In this document: piece by piece, positions 1 to 9,603 of the stretch
Position numbering within the stretch: position 1 is the first letter of the stretch
Layout: every line of letters starts with the position of its first letter
NCBI GenBank assembly: GCA_963758635.1
Contig: CAVWWD010000006.1
Coordinates: forward strand, 160,001 to 224,000
Direction of reading: 5' to 3'
DNA: 64,000 nucleotides
From: an uncultured Candidatus Rokubacteria bacterium
Lineage (GTDB): Bacteria; Methylomirabilota; Methylomirabilia; Rokubacteriales; CSP1-6
The notes under the pieces: generated by a model
Told to the model about the DNA's origin: nothing
Seen by the model: the letters and a program-made list of their open reading frames with translations, nothing else
Database searches by the model: none
Translations under genes and position numbers: made by a program

Positions 1-650
1 AGCGGCCCGATGAGCGCCAGCTGGGAACGCAGCCAGCGACCCGCAGTCGTAACGTATTCCTCCTGGTTCAGCGCGTACCACAGCGCCGTACCGTCGAACC
101 ACTCGGGTCCGGTCTTTTTCAGGCCGGTGAGCACGTAAACCAGGACCACCTGCAGCAGCAAACCGGCTCCCGCCCACGATCGAATGCGCGTCACGCCGGG
201 CGGCGCGGGACGCAGGGACAGGCGGGCCCCGGTGGGCAGTAAGATGCACCACATGAGCATCAGTAGCAGGTAGCGATCGCCCGCCATGTACAGGGCCGGG
301 TTGCGATCCTGTAGTGCCGCGAGCAGCACCCAGGCGGCGGCGGCGGCGAGGCGCGGAGTCACGCCCAGAGCCAGGCACAGCGCCGCGATCGCGAGCAGCG
401 CGACTCCGATCCACAGCAATGAGGGCCAGGCGGCTACCCAGGTGAAGGGCGAAGCCGCCACTCGCAGGTCCCAGAGCCTGCGCGCCAGCTCCGGCGGAAG
501 CACGCCGCTGACCCCGTAGAGCGCGTCGAGGTCGCGCACGCGCGAGACGAGATCGACGAGCAGGGCGAGCGCGACGCCGATCCGAAAGAGCGCCAGCGAG
601 CGGAGGTCGATCTCGATCAGCGAGCCCACGTCGAAGCGCAGACGGGTCAA
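1..650 (-). CDS. HTTM-domain membrane protein (3' end runs off window)
   Basis: Manual translation: AAGGA + TTG at 650, MTRLRFDVGSLIEIDLRSLALFRIGVALALLVDL...NPALYMAGDRYLLLMLMWCIFLP...LKKTGPEWFDGTALWYAL, typical HTTM motifs. Confidence 0.75.
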   Translation of the reverse strand, partial: MTRLRFDVGSLIEIDLRSLALFRIGVALALLVDLVSRVRDLDALYGVSGVLPPELARRLWDLRVAASPFTWVAAWPSLLWIGVALLAIAALCLALGVTPRLAAAAAWVLLAALQDRNPALYMAGDRYLLLMLMWCILLPTGARLSLRPAPPGVTRIRSWAGAGLLLQVVLVYVLTGLKKTGPEWFDGTALWYALNQEEYVTTAGRWLRSQLALIGP

Positions 651-890
651 GACGGTCCTTTAAACGGGAGCGGCTGGGAAGGCTACCCGACGATCACGGA
701 CGGTTCTTGAGGCTCTTCCTGACGGACTCGATCTGGGGGGTTGCCCGGGAAATAGTGGGCGTGGATGTCGACGATCATCGGGCCCTCCTCGGCCGGGGAA
801 CGTGGTGCGCTCGATAGTAAGCCTTGTCACGGCCAAGTCCATCGCCTACGATCGGGCCCTCGGGCCGGACCATCCCACGGAGGTGTCACC

Positions 891-1830
891 ATGAAGTTCG
901 GCATCCACATCGGTCACATGGGCGGGCCCATCGGCGAGATGCGGAAGCTCTGGAAGTTCGCCGACGCCAAGGGCTTCGACTGGTTCTCGGTCTCCGACCA
1001 CTTCCAGGAGTCGCCGCCCCGCGGCGGCGACATGGACTGCTACGAGGCCATCGCCACGCTCACCGCGGCGGCCATGGACACCACGAAGATCCGCCTCGGC
1101 AGCGGCGTCTACTGCGTGGTCTACCGGAACCCCGCGCTCCTCGCCAAGTCCCTCACCACCATCGACCACCTCTCGAACGGGCGCGTGGACTGTGGCCTGG
1201 GCGCGGGCTGGCACGCGATCGAGGCCACGGCCTACGGCTACGCGTTCCCCACGATCGGCCCGCGCGAGGACATGCTCGAGGAGTACGCGCAGATCCTCCG
1301 CATGCTGCTCGACCCCGAGCAGCGGCGCGCCGACTTCACGGGTAAGCACTTCACCGTGACGAACGCCCCCAACAATCCGAAGCCGCTCCAGCCCCGCATC
1401 CCCATCTGGATCGGCGGGCGCGGCGAGAAGCGCACGCTCCGCGCCGCCGCCAAGTACGCGGACGGGTGGAACGGCGCCTACATCGGACCCGACGAGTGGA
1501 AGCACAAGGGCACCGTGCTCGACCAGTGGTGCGAGAAGGAAGGGCGGGATCCCGAAGACGATCATGCGCACGGTGAACCTCGGCTTCTACCTCGGCGCCG
1601 ACGCCCGCGGCGCCGCCCGCGCCGACGAGATCTTCACGAGCCACTGGGGGACGAGCGGGGAGCGGGCCGCGCGTACCGGCCACCTGCGCGGCACGGTGAA
1701 GGACGCGCGCGAGATGGTCGAGGCGTTCCGGGCCCTCGGCTGCACGCGGCTCAACATCGCCTTCCGCGAGGGGCCCTACGACTGGGAGGCCCTGGAGGCG
1801 TTCGCGAGCGAGATCGTCGCCAAGGGCTGA
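891..1830 (+). CDS. LLM-class (luciferase-like, probably F420-dependent) oxidoreductase, one frameshift near 1555
   Basis: GGAGG RBS; MKFGIHIG, SDHF, GRVDCGLGAGW, IPIWIGGRGEKRTLR; C-terminus continues in ORF 1564..1830. Confidence 0.85.
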
Positions 1831-1858
1831 ACGCGATCCCGGGAGCTGCCGGGCCCGC

Positions 1859-2221
1859 TCAGCAGCGGGCGGTGTCGTCGACGAGCAGGCGCATCGCTCC
1901 GGTGGCGGGGTCGTAGTCGATGTCGTTGCCCGCGCACTGAAAGCGCGGCGGGCCGGCGAGGAGCCCGAGCACCGTGGCCTTGTCGGGCGGCCACTTCTCG
2001 TGCTGGGCCTGATACGTCCGCACGAGGCCGGTGAGCGTGGCCAGGGTGGCGCGGTCGGTGGCGAGCCTGGTGTGGGCGAGCGGCTTCTCCTCCTGGAGCT
2101 TCTGCACCGTGGTGGAGGTCGAGCCGAAGTAGCGGGCGAAGAGGAACCCGGCGATCGCGATCACGACCAGCACGATCGCGACCTCGATCAGCCCCATCCC
2201 GCGCTCGTTCCCGCGCCGCAC
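1859..2221 (-). CDS. Prepilin/pseudopilin-like protein (type IV pilin/T2SS N-terminal motif)
   Basis: RRGNERG|MGLIEVAIVLVVIAIAG: class III signal peptide with Glu5. Confidence 0.65.
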   Translation of the reverse strand: MRRGNERGMGLIEVAIVLVVIAIAGFLFARYFGSTSTTVQKLQEEKPLAHTRLATDRATLATLTGLVRTYQAQHEKWPPDKATVLGLLAGPPRFQCAGNDIDYDPATGAMRLLVDDTARC

Positions 2222-2321
2222 GCCGCCATCTTCGGCCGCCGCCGGGCCAGGAGTCAAGAATGGCGCTAGAATCTGTGCCTCTGCGGCCTCATCGCGGCCC
2301 GAGGCGGCCGGAGGTTCCGTG

Positions 2322-3416
2322 ATGGCCAGCTTGCGCACCCCGCTCTGCGATCTCCTCGGCATCGAGTATCCGATCGTCCAGGCGCCGATGGCCGGAGGGC
2401 CCACCACGCCCGAGCTGGTCGGGGCGGTCAGCGCGGCGGGCGCGCTCGGGTCATTCGGGCACGCGTACACGCCGCCCGCGACGATCCGCGAGGACGCCGC
2501 CGCGGTGCGGGCCCGGACGAGCCGCCCGTTCAACCTGAACCTGTTCGCCGCGCCCCTCCCCGATGAGCCGCCGCTCGAGGCGCAGCGCGCGGCCATCGAC
2601 GCCGCGCGTGGCATGTTCGTCAAGCTGGGCCTCACCGCCCCCGAGCGCGTGCCGCCGCCCTACGCGCCGGACTTCGCCGAGCAGATCGAAGTCGTCTGCG
2701 ACGTCCGGCCGCCCGTCCTCACCGTGCACCTCGGCGACCTGCCCGCCGGCGTCGTCACCAGGTTCCGTGGCCTCGGCATCCGGCTGGGCTGCGGCGCCAC
2801 GTCGGTCCGGGAGGCGCGACGGCTCGAGGCGATGGGCGCGGATTTCGTCATCGCGCAGGGCGGCGAGGCGGGCGGCCACCGGGGCACGTTCCTCGGCTCC
2901 CCCGAGCACGCGATGACCGGCACGCTCGCGCTCGTGCGCCAGGTCGTGCGGGCCGTCCGCGTCCCCGTGGTGGCCGCTGGCGGCATCATGGACGGGGCGG
3001 GCATCGCCGCCGTGCTCGCGCTGGGCGCGCAGGCCGCGCAGCTCGGCACGGCGTTCGTGGTCTGCCCGGAGAGCGGCGCGCCCGAGGCGCACAAGAAGGC
3101 CGTCCTCGGCATGGACGGCGACGAGACCACCATCACGCTCGCCTTCAGCGGAAAGCCCGCCCGCGGCGTCCGCAACGCCTTCACGGAGACCGCGGAGCGC
3201 GAGCGGTGGCCGCTCCTGCCGTTCCCGGCGCAGGCGAAGCTCACCGCGCCGCTCCGCCAGGCGAGCGCGCGCGAAGGCTCGCCCGACCTGTTCTCCGCGT
3301 GGTCGGGTCAGGCCGGCTCGCTCGGCCGGCCGCTGCCCGCGGCCGAGCTGGTCCGGACGCTCGTCGCCGAGGCGGAGGACACCATCGAACGACTCCGCTC
3401 GATGCTCACGCGCTGA
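2322..3416 (+). CDS. Nitronate monooxygenase family flavoprotein
   Basis: PIVQAPMAGG, QGGEAGGHRGTF, VVAAGGIMDG, AQLGTAF, WSGQ. Confidence 0.9.
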   Translation: MASLRTPLCDLLGIEYPIVQAPMAGGPTTPELVGAVSAAGALGSFGHAYTPPATIREDAAAVRARTSRPFNLNLFAAPLPDEPPLEAQRAAIDAARGMFVKLGLTAPERVPPPYAPDFAEQIEVVCDVRPPVLTVHLGDLPAGVVTRFRGLGIRLGCGATSVREARRLEAMGADFVIAQGGEAGGHRGTFLGSPEHAMTGTLALVRQVVRAVRVPVVAAGGIMDGAGIAAVLALGAQAAQLGTAFVVCPESGAPEAHKKAVLGMDGDETTITLAFSGKPARGVRNAFTETAERERWPLLPFPAQAKLTAPLRQASAREGSPDLFSAWSGQAGSLGRPLPAAELVRTLVAEAEDTIERLRSMLTR

Positions 3417-3449
3417 CCCGATGCTCACGCCCTGACAAGGAGACCCACC

Positions 3450-4082
3450 ATGGCCGCTCCCGCGCTCTACCTGGTCCGGATGGACGTCGCGCACGACCAC
3501 GAGACCGCGTTCAACACCGTCTACGATCGCGAGCACGTGCCCGCCCTCGCCGCGGTGCCCGGCGTGCGCCGGGCCGCCCGCTTCAAGAACCCGTCGCCGA
3601 CGGACCCGCGCTACGTCGCGGCGTACGAGATGGACGGGCCGCAGGTGGTGGACAGCCCGGCGTGGAAGGCCGCGGGCGAGTCCGGCGAGTGGCCGACAAA
3701 GATCCGGCCTCACACCATGAACCGTCATCGGACGGTCTACGAGTGGGTGGGATCGAGCCCGCAGCTCACGCACTCCACGCCCTACGTCTTCTGGGTGATG
3801 ATGGACGTGGAGCCGCACCGCGAGGCGCTGTTCAACGAGCTCTACGACACGGAGCACGTGCCGCTCCTGCTCAAGCTGCCCGGCTGCGTGAACGTGGTCC
3901 GCTACCGCACGCTGCGCACGGAGACGCCGGGCGATCCGCGCTACCTCGCCGCCTACGAGGTCGAGAATCCCGACCTGCCCATGTCCAAGCTCTGGAACGA
4001 CACGTCGGACATCGGCCGCTGGAAGCCCGAGGTGCGGCCCTACACGTACAACAAGCGCTACATCGTCAGCCAGCGGGTCTAG
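3450..4082 (+). CDS. Tandem dimeric alpha-beta barrel (EthD/DUF4286-like) protein
   Basis: Two internal repeats FNxxYDxEHVP...PG...RY.AAYE; AAGGAG RBS. Confidence 0.6.
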   Translation: MAAPALYLVRMDVAHDHETAFNTVYDREHVPALAAVPGVRRAARFKNPSPTDPRYVAAYEMDGPQVVDSPAWKAAGESGEWPTKIRPHTMNRHRTVYEWVGSSPQLTHSTPYVFWVMMDVEPHREALFNELYDTEHVPLLLKLPGCVNVVRYRTLRTETPGDPRYLAAYEVENPDLPMSKLWNDTSDIGRWKPEVRPYTYNKRYIVSQRV

Positions 4083-4084
4083 AC

Positions 4085-4720
4085 TCAGGCGGTCACGCCG
4101 TCGGTGCGCTCCGGGATGAGGCGCTTCGGCAGTCGCCGCCGCGCTGCTGTCTTGAGCTCGGTGGCGCGCGCGTACCAGATCCGGGCCGCGCCGTCTCGGG
4201 CGACGCTGGCGATCAGCGTGCCGTCCGGGCTCCAGGCCAGCGCGGACACGCCGTTGTGCTGACCCGGGTACACCGCGAGCTGCCGTCCGCTGGCCAGGTC
4301 CCACAGGCGCACGCTGCCGTCGTCGTCGCCCGTGACCAGCGCGGCGGCGTCCGGGGCGATCGCGACCGCCGTGACCGCCCTGGCGTGGCCGCGGAGCACG
4401 AGGGGATCGCCTCCCCGCGCGCGATCCCACACGCGTGCCTCGCCGCTCGAGTCGGTCGCCACGAAGATTCCGGCCGGCAACGCCCAGGCGGCATAGATGC
4501 TGGAGCGCGCCACGTCGATGTTCTCCTCGCGCAGGAGCGTCCCGCTCGCCGCGTCCCACACGCGCATGCTCCCGTCGCTCGCCCCGACCGTGCGGAGCAC
4601 GCGCTCGGCGATTCCGGGCCGGCGCCTGGATGGCGCGCTCCGCGTTCGCTGGGATCGCTCGCACGTCGTTCGCGCGGTGCTGGACGTCGTCGGTCTGCTG
4701 GCACTCGGGGTCGCGAGCAC
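4085..4720 (-). CDS. WD40-repeat protein, probably a C-terminal fragment
   Basis: GH...VTAVAIAPD...TGDDDGSVRLWD and similar WD repeats; no convincing start. Confidence 0.55.
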   Translation of the reverse strand: MLATPSASRPTTSSTARTTCERSQRTRSAPSRRRPGIAERVLRTVGASDGSMRVWDAASGTLLREENIDVARSSIYAAWALPAGIFVATDSSGEARVWDRARGGDPLVLRGHARAVTAVAIAPDAAALVTGDDDGSVRLWDLASGRQLAVYPGQHNGVSALAWSPDGTLIASVARDGAARIWYARATELKTAARRRLPKRLIPERTDGVTA

Positions 4721-4768
4721 GACACGCCGTCCGGGCCGCGTTCAGGCGCGCCGGGCGCGGAGGAGAGC

Positions 4769-5866
4769 TCAGGCGACGCGGTAACGGGCGAGGGCGGCGG
4801 GGTCGACCGAGGCGCCGAGACCCGGAGCCTCGCGCAGCACGATGACGCCCGCATCGAGGCCGACCGGGTCGACGACGACGTCGGCGGCCATCTTGAGGGG
4901 GCCCACGGCCTCGCAGCCCGGCATGATGGCCTCGCTGCACGCGGCCACCGCCGCTTCGGCCAGCGTGGACAGCGTGAGGCCGAAGCCGTGGCCGATCACC
5001 ACGCGGAGCCCGGCGGCGGCCGCGCACTCCGCCATCTGGAGTGTTCGGAGCAGCCCGCCCTGCTTCATCACCTTCACCTTCACGATGTCCGCGGCCTCGC
5101 GACGGATGATGTCCACGAGCGACGCCGCGCCGGTGACGCTCTCGTCCGCCATGAGCGGCACGCGGATCGCCCGCCGGATCTCGGCGAGGCCGGCGATGTC
5201 GTCGCGCGGGATGGGCTGCTCGACCAGGGTGAGATCGTGCCGCTCCAGCCGACGGATCACGTCGACCGCCTCGTGGCGCGCGAGGCTCTCGTTGAAGTCC
5301 ACGCGCAGGGCCATCCGCGTGCCCACGGCCGCGCGCACCGCGGCGACGCGATCGGGACCGTCCGGCCCCGAGCCGGCGATCTTGATCTTCGCCGTGGTGA
5401 AGCCGCGCTCGAGCCACTCCACCGCCTCGCGCGCCGCGCGCTCGGGCGGCACCGTGCCGATCCACGCGTTGAGCGTGACCTCGTCGCGGACCCGGCCCCC
5501 CAGGAGCGAGTGCACGGGCAAGCCGACGGCGCGGCCCTTGAGGTCGAACAGCGCCATCTCGACGCCGGCCTTCGCCTCGTAGCGCTCGGCCACCGTGGCG
5601 TCCATCACGGCAAGCGCGCGGCGAACGTTGAGGGGATCGAGACCCGCCAGCGCGGGCGCCAGGCCTGCGATGGTCTCGCGGATCTCCTCGGCCGACATCA
5701 GCGAGTAGCCGGGCGTGGGATCCACGTTCCCCCAGCCCTCGACGCCCTCGTCCGTGGTCACGCGCACGAGGACGCTCCGCTGCACGGCGGCGACGCCGTG
5801 AACGCCGCGCACCGGCTGGCGCATGGGGATGTCGACGACGATCGGCTCGACGGAGAGGATCTTCAT
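4769..5866 (-). CDS. Mandelate racemase/muconate cycloisomerase (enolase superfamily) protein
   Basis: KIKI, RVDFN, EQP, MADES, KVMKQGGL, PGLG motifs. Confidence 0.9.
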   Translation of the reverse strand: MKILSVEPIVVDIPMRQPVRGVHGVAAVQRSVLVRVTTDEGVEGWGNVDPTPGYSLMSAEEIRETIAGLAPALAGLDPLNVRRALAVMDATVAERYEAKAGVEMALFDLKGRAVGLPVHSLLGGRVRDEVTLNAWIGTVPPERAAREAVEWLERGFTTAKIKIAGSGPDGPDRVAAVRAAVGTRMALRVDFNESLARHEAVDVIRRLERHDLTLVEQPIPRDDIAGLAEIRRAIRVPLMADESVTGAASLVDIIRREAADIVKVKVMKQGGLLRTLQMAECAAAAGLRVVIGHGFGLTLSTLAEAAVAACSEAIMPGCEAVGPLKMAADVVVDPVGLDAGVIVLREAPGLGASVDPAALARYRVA

Positions 5867-5936
5867 ACGCGGCATTCTACCGGCCGCCGCGCCCGGACCG
5901 CCACCACCGAGCACCGCGGCCGGCGCGGCGGGCCGG

Positions 5937-7091
5937 TCACGCGCCGGACGCGCGCTTCCGCGCCCACGCCGCGCGGAGGTAGCCCAGGAGCTCCTCGGCT
6001 CGGCCGTCCCAGGAGTTCGCCGCGCCCAGCGCGCGCCGCCGCTCCGCGCCCTCGTCCGGGGCCGCGAGCGCGCGCCGCACGCTCTCGATGAAGGCGGGCG
6101 GCGACGCCGCCAGCGCGATCGCGTCGGCGAACCGGGCGGTGCCGGCCACCGGGGTGCTCACCACGGGACGCCCGCTGGCGAGGTAGTCGTAGAGCTTGAT
6201 CGGATCCATGGTCTCGGTGAGCGCGTCCACGGTGTGCGGGAGCAGGCAGACGTCGAGCCCCGCGAGGATCCTCGGGAGCTCTCGGTGCTCGCGCGGCCCG
6301 AGGAGGTGCACGTTCGGGCGCCGGGCCAGCGCGTCGGCGGCGGCCCGGTCGCTCGGCCACACCGGGCCGATCAGCACGAGCGACCAGCCGGGCTCGGCGC
6401 CGGCGAGGGCGTCGAGCAGCGCGTAGTCGAGCCGGTTCGCGATCTGCCCGACGTAGCCGAGGCGCGGCCGCGGGATGCCGGCGAGCGGGTCCGGGCCGGC
6501 GAGCGGGTCGCCCCCGATCGCGCCGAGGTCGGTGGCGTTGGGCAGCCACTCCACGTGCCGCCCGGCCGCCCGCGCGCGGTCGCAGAGCGCGCGCGAGACG
6601 GCCACCACCAGGTCCACGCGCCGGAGGAGGCGGTCGGTGGCCGCGGCCATCGCCGCGCGCTCGGCCGGCGGCAGCGAGCCGAACCGGGCGAAGTCGTCCG
6701 TCCAGTCGAACACGGTGAGCACCGGGTCGGGACACTCGTCCAGCAGCGCCGCGTGCATCGGGTGGGTGATGTAGACGACGTCGACGCCGCCCCGCCAGCC
6801 GAGGTGACGCCGATCGAGCCAGCGACGCGCGGCACGGTAGAGCGGCCGGACCGGGGCGGCGAGCCCGTCGGCCACGTGCGCGGGCAAGGCGCCCGTCGAG
6901 ACCACGCCCGGCACCACGCGGCGGGCCGGCCGCAGGCCGAGCCCCCGGCGCACGGCATCGAGCGCGCACCGACGATCCCACGGCGCCGCGTGGAGAACGC
7001 CCGCGACCTCCGGCGCCCGGGCAAGCCGCGCCGCGAGCTGCTGGCGCCGCGCGTCGCGGAAGTCCCACGGCAGGCCGGTCAGGAACAGCAC
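5937..7091 (-). CDS. Glycosyltransferase (GT4/TuaH-like); start uncertain, possibly 7178
   Basis: RRQQLA, FDWTDDF, LPNATD, GYVGQI, DPIKLYDYLASGRPVVST. Confidence 0.85.
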   Translation of the reverse strand: MLFLTGLPWDFRDARRQQLAARLARAPEVAGVLHAAPWDRRCALDAVRRGLGLRPARRVVPGVVSTGALPAHVADGLAAPVRPLYRAARRWLDRRHLGWRGGVDVVYITHPMHAALLDECPDPVLTVFDWTDDFARFGSLPPAERAAMAAATDRLLRRVDLVVAVSRALCDRARAAGRHVEWLPNATDLGAIGGDPLAGPDPLAGIPRPRLGYVGQIANRLDYALLDALAGAEPGWSLVLIGPVWPSDRAAADALARRPNVHLLGPREHRELPRILAGLDVCLLPHTVDALTETMDPIKLYDYLASGRPVVSTPVAGTARFADAIALAASPPAFIESVRRALAAPDEGAERRRALGAANSWDGRAEELLGYLRAAWARKRASGA

Positions 7092-7174
7092 GCGCCAGCG
7101 GCCGGCGCCGGCTGCCAGCGTGGGGGCTCCGTGGCTCCCAGGAGCGTCGCGGCGAGCGGACAGAGTCTTCGCGC

Positions 7175-8776
7175 TCAGCGTCCCGGGCGCTCGATCCGCC
7201 GGGTCACCGAGCGGGACACGCCGAAGGTCGGGATGAACGCGGAGTGCTTGCCCGGCCCGCCCGTGACGACGACGTGGATGTCCTCCGGCCTGCCGACGAT
7301 CGGACAGAGCGCGTCGTCGTCGTTCGGGTCCACCCACACGGGCCAGTTCTCGACCTTGTACATCGCCCGGAGCTTGAGGAGCCCCACCCGATTGCGCGCG
7401 CGATCGAAGAGGAACTGCTGGACGTCCGTCTTGCTGAGACCGCCGGAGGCGATGGTGTGAGCGTGCTCGGGGCCGAAGGCCACGAGGACGTCGCCGCGGA
7501 TCACGGAGCCGGCGTTGTTGTGGCCGATGGTGCTCATGGTATCGGCGGCCACGCGGAGCGTGGTGTAGGCGGAGGTGCACATGTGGTCGTTGATGTTGTG
7601 CGGCCCCTCGCCGGAGAAGACGGTGACCGTGCTGTCCCCGAGGGCGAACCCGCGCGTCACCCGGAACGGCTCCCAGGGCGTGGCCGCCTCGTTCTCGGCC
7701 ACGCAGTAGCTGAACTTCGCGGGCGAGCCGTGGGTGGACTGATCCCCGCTGCCCGGCAGCGCCCCGCCCACGTTGATCAGGACCAGGCGCAGCGCCCGGC
7801 CCGTGGCCGCGTTCGGGCGGAAGCCGGGCCCGAAGGCGCCGTGCGCGCAGTTGAGGCCGAGCTCCTGGACGACGGGCCCGGACACGAGCATCAGCACCGC
7901 GCACGGGTGCGTCGTGGCCTGGACGCTGTAGAGGCCGAACTCGGGCTCGGCCGCGGCCTGGATCGCCGCGATCAGCAGCGGCATGTGCTGGGGCAGGCAG
8001 CCCGCCATCACCGCGTTGATGGCCACGTTCTCCACCGTGGCCTCGGCCCACCGCGGCGGGATCACCGCGATGACCTCACCGGCGGGGCGGCCGGCGCCGG
8101 CGATCATGGCGCGCACGCGGTCCTCCGTGGGCAGCACCACGGGGAGGCCGTCGGTGAAGCGCTGCGCGTGGAACGCCTCCAGCGCCTCGTCCGCGCTCGC
8201 GAACACGAGGGGTCCGGCTTCCTTCGACGCCGAGCCGCCGGCGCGCCGGTCGGCGGCGCCGGTGAGGGCGGCGATCACCTGGGGCAACGCGTCGTCCGCC
8301 CGCTGGTGGATCACGCTCATCGCCTCGCCGCCGATCGGATGCTCGATGATGGCCAGCGGCAGGTCGGGCATGCCGAGGCTCCGCGCCTCGTCGAGGGCGA
8401 GGCCGAGGAACGCCTCCGTGCAGATCGTCACCGTGGGAATGCCGCGCTTCTCCAGCTCGACCGAGTCGTGGATACACCACGACGTGCACGACCCTCAGTC
8501 GCCGATGGCGGTGACGACCGCGTCCACCTCCGTGGCGTAGAGGTCGATCTTTTCCGCGCCGACGGCGGCGCTGGGCTTCTGCTTGGTGACGACGCGGGTG
8601 ATCCGGTGCCGGCCGCCGATCAGCTCGACCACGCGGTGCTGGAGCTCGAGGGAGTTCGGCTTCGCGTTGTTGAGCACGCCGAGGCGGATGCCTTCGAGCG
8701 AGGCCAGGCGCGCCGCGATCGGCTGGGCCTTGACCTGGTTGACCCCGAGCGGGCTCAATACGGTGATCCGGTCCAT
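7175..8776 (-). CDS. UGSC-family selenoprotein fused to a ~340 aa partner domain (in-frame TGA at 8495-8497 read as Sec)
   Basis: ORFs 8495..8776 and 7175..8431 are in one frame; read-through gives [27 protein letters not shown]; GGAGG RBS. Confidence 0.85.
8465..8483 (-). promoter_or_regulatory. Candidate bacterial SECIS hairpin
   Basis: GUCGUGG-UGUAU-CCACGAC: 7-bp stem starting 11 nt after UGA, G at second loop position. Confidence 0.65.
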
Positions 8777-8796
8777 GACGGCCTCCTGTGATGGCT

Positions 8797-8900
8797 TTGC
8801 GAGCCGAGCCGAAGGCGAGGCGAGCGAATATGGAAATGCCTTGGAAACAACTGCTGAGATTGCCGTGGAAACTAGCTGGAAATGCCTTGGAAACCAACCG
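8797..8900. repeat. Intergenic repeat copy 1, with internal TGGAAATGCCTTGGAAAC duplication
   Basis: 8797-8854 matches 12737-12794 at 47/58 nt without gaps; exact 18-mer at 8831-8848 and 8877-8894. Confidence 0.7.
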
Positions 8901-8934
8901 CCCCCGCCTTGAATCGACGTGAAAAGGACCGCAC

Positions 8935-9603
8935 GTGCCCGACCCCGAGTTCGCGCTCCCGCCCGAGGCGTTCCGTCGCGTCGACGAGACGCCGGACGAG
9001 ATCTTCTACGACACGCCCCGCCTCGTCACCCACATCGACGACGGCGCCATCGCCGCCGTCACCCAGCTCTACCGCGAGCGCTTCCCGCGCGGCGGCGCCC
9101 TCCTCGACCTCATGTCGAGCTGGGTCAGCCACCTGCCGCCCGAGGTCGAGTACCGGCGCGTGGTCGGGCTCGGGATGAACGAGGTCGAGCTGGGCGCCAA
9201 TCCGCGCCTGCACGCGTTCGTGGTGCACGACCTCAACCAGCGGCCGGCGCTGCCGTTCGCCGACGGCGAGTTCGACGGCGGCGCCATCTGCGTGTCGGTG
9301 GACTACCTCGTCCACCCCGTGCGCGTGCTGCGCGAGGCGGGCCGGGTTCTGCGGCCGGGCGCGCCGCTCGTCGTCACGTTTTCCAACCGGTGCTTTCCCA
9401 CCAAGGTGATCGCGGCGTGGCAGGCGCTGGACGACGAGGGGCACGTGGCGCTCGTCGAGCGCTTCTTCCGCGCCGCCGGCAACTGGACGCGCGTCGAGGC
9501 CCTCGACCGGAGCCCCCGGGACGGCGATCCCCTCTACGCCGTGATCGGGACGAGCGCCGGGCCGGCCGCGGGCGCGGCCCCCGTCGCTGGTCCGGCGACC
9601 TGA
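8935..9603 (+). CDS. Class I SAM-dependent methyltransferase
   Basis: FYDTPRLVTHID, LDLMSSWVSHLP, TFSNRCFPTK. Confidence 0.85.
   Translation: MPDPEFALPPEAFRRVDETPDEIFYDTPRLVTHIDDGAIAAVTQLYRERFPRGGALLDLMSSWVSHLPPEVEYRRVVGLGMNEVELGANPRLHAFVVHDLNQRPALPFADGEFDGGAICVSVDYLVHPVRVLREAGRVLRPGAPLVVTFSNRCFPTKVIAAWQALDDEGHVALVERFFRAAGNWTRVEALDRSPRDGDPLYAVIGTSAGPAAGAAPVAGPAT

Noticed and set aside
700..760. Possible IS-end-like sequences
   Set aside because: No partner inverted repeat, target duplication or transposase found in the window
2451..6091. Very long Arg/Ala/Gly-rich ORFs here and throughout the window
   Set aside because: Shadow frames of real genes in high-GC DNA, with no recognisable motifs
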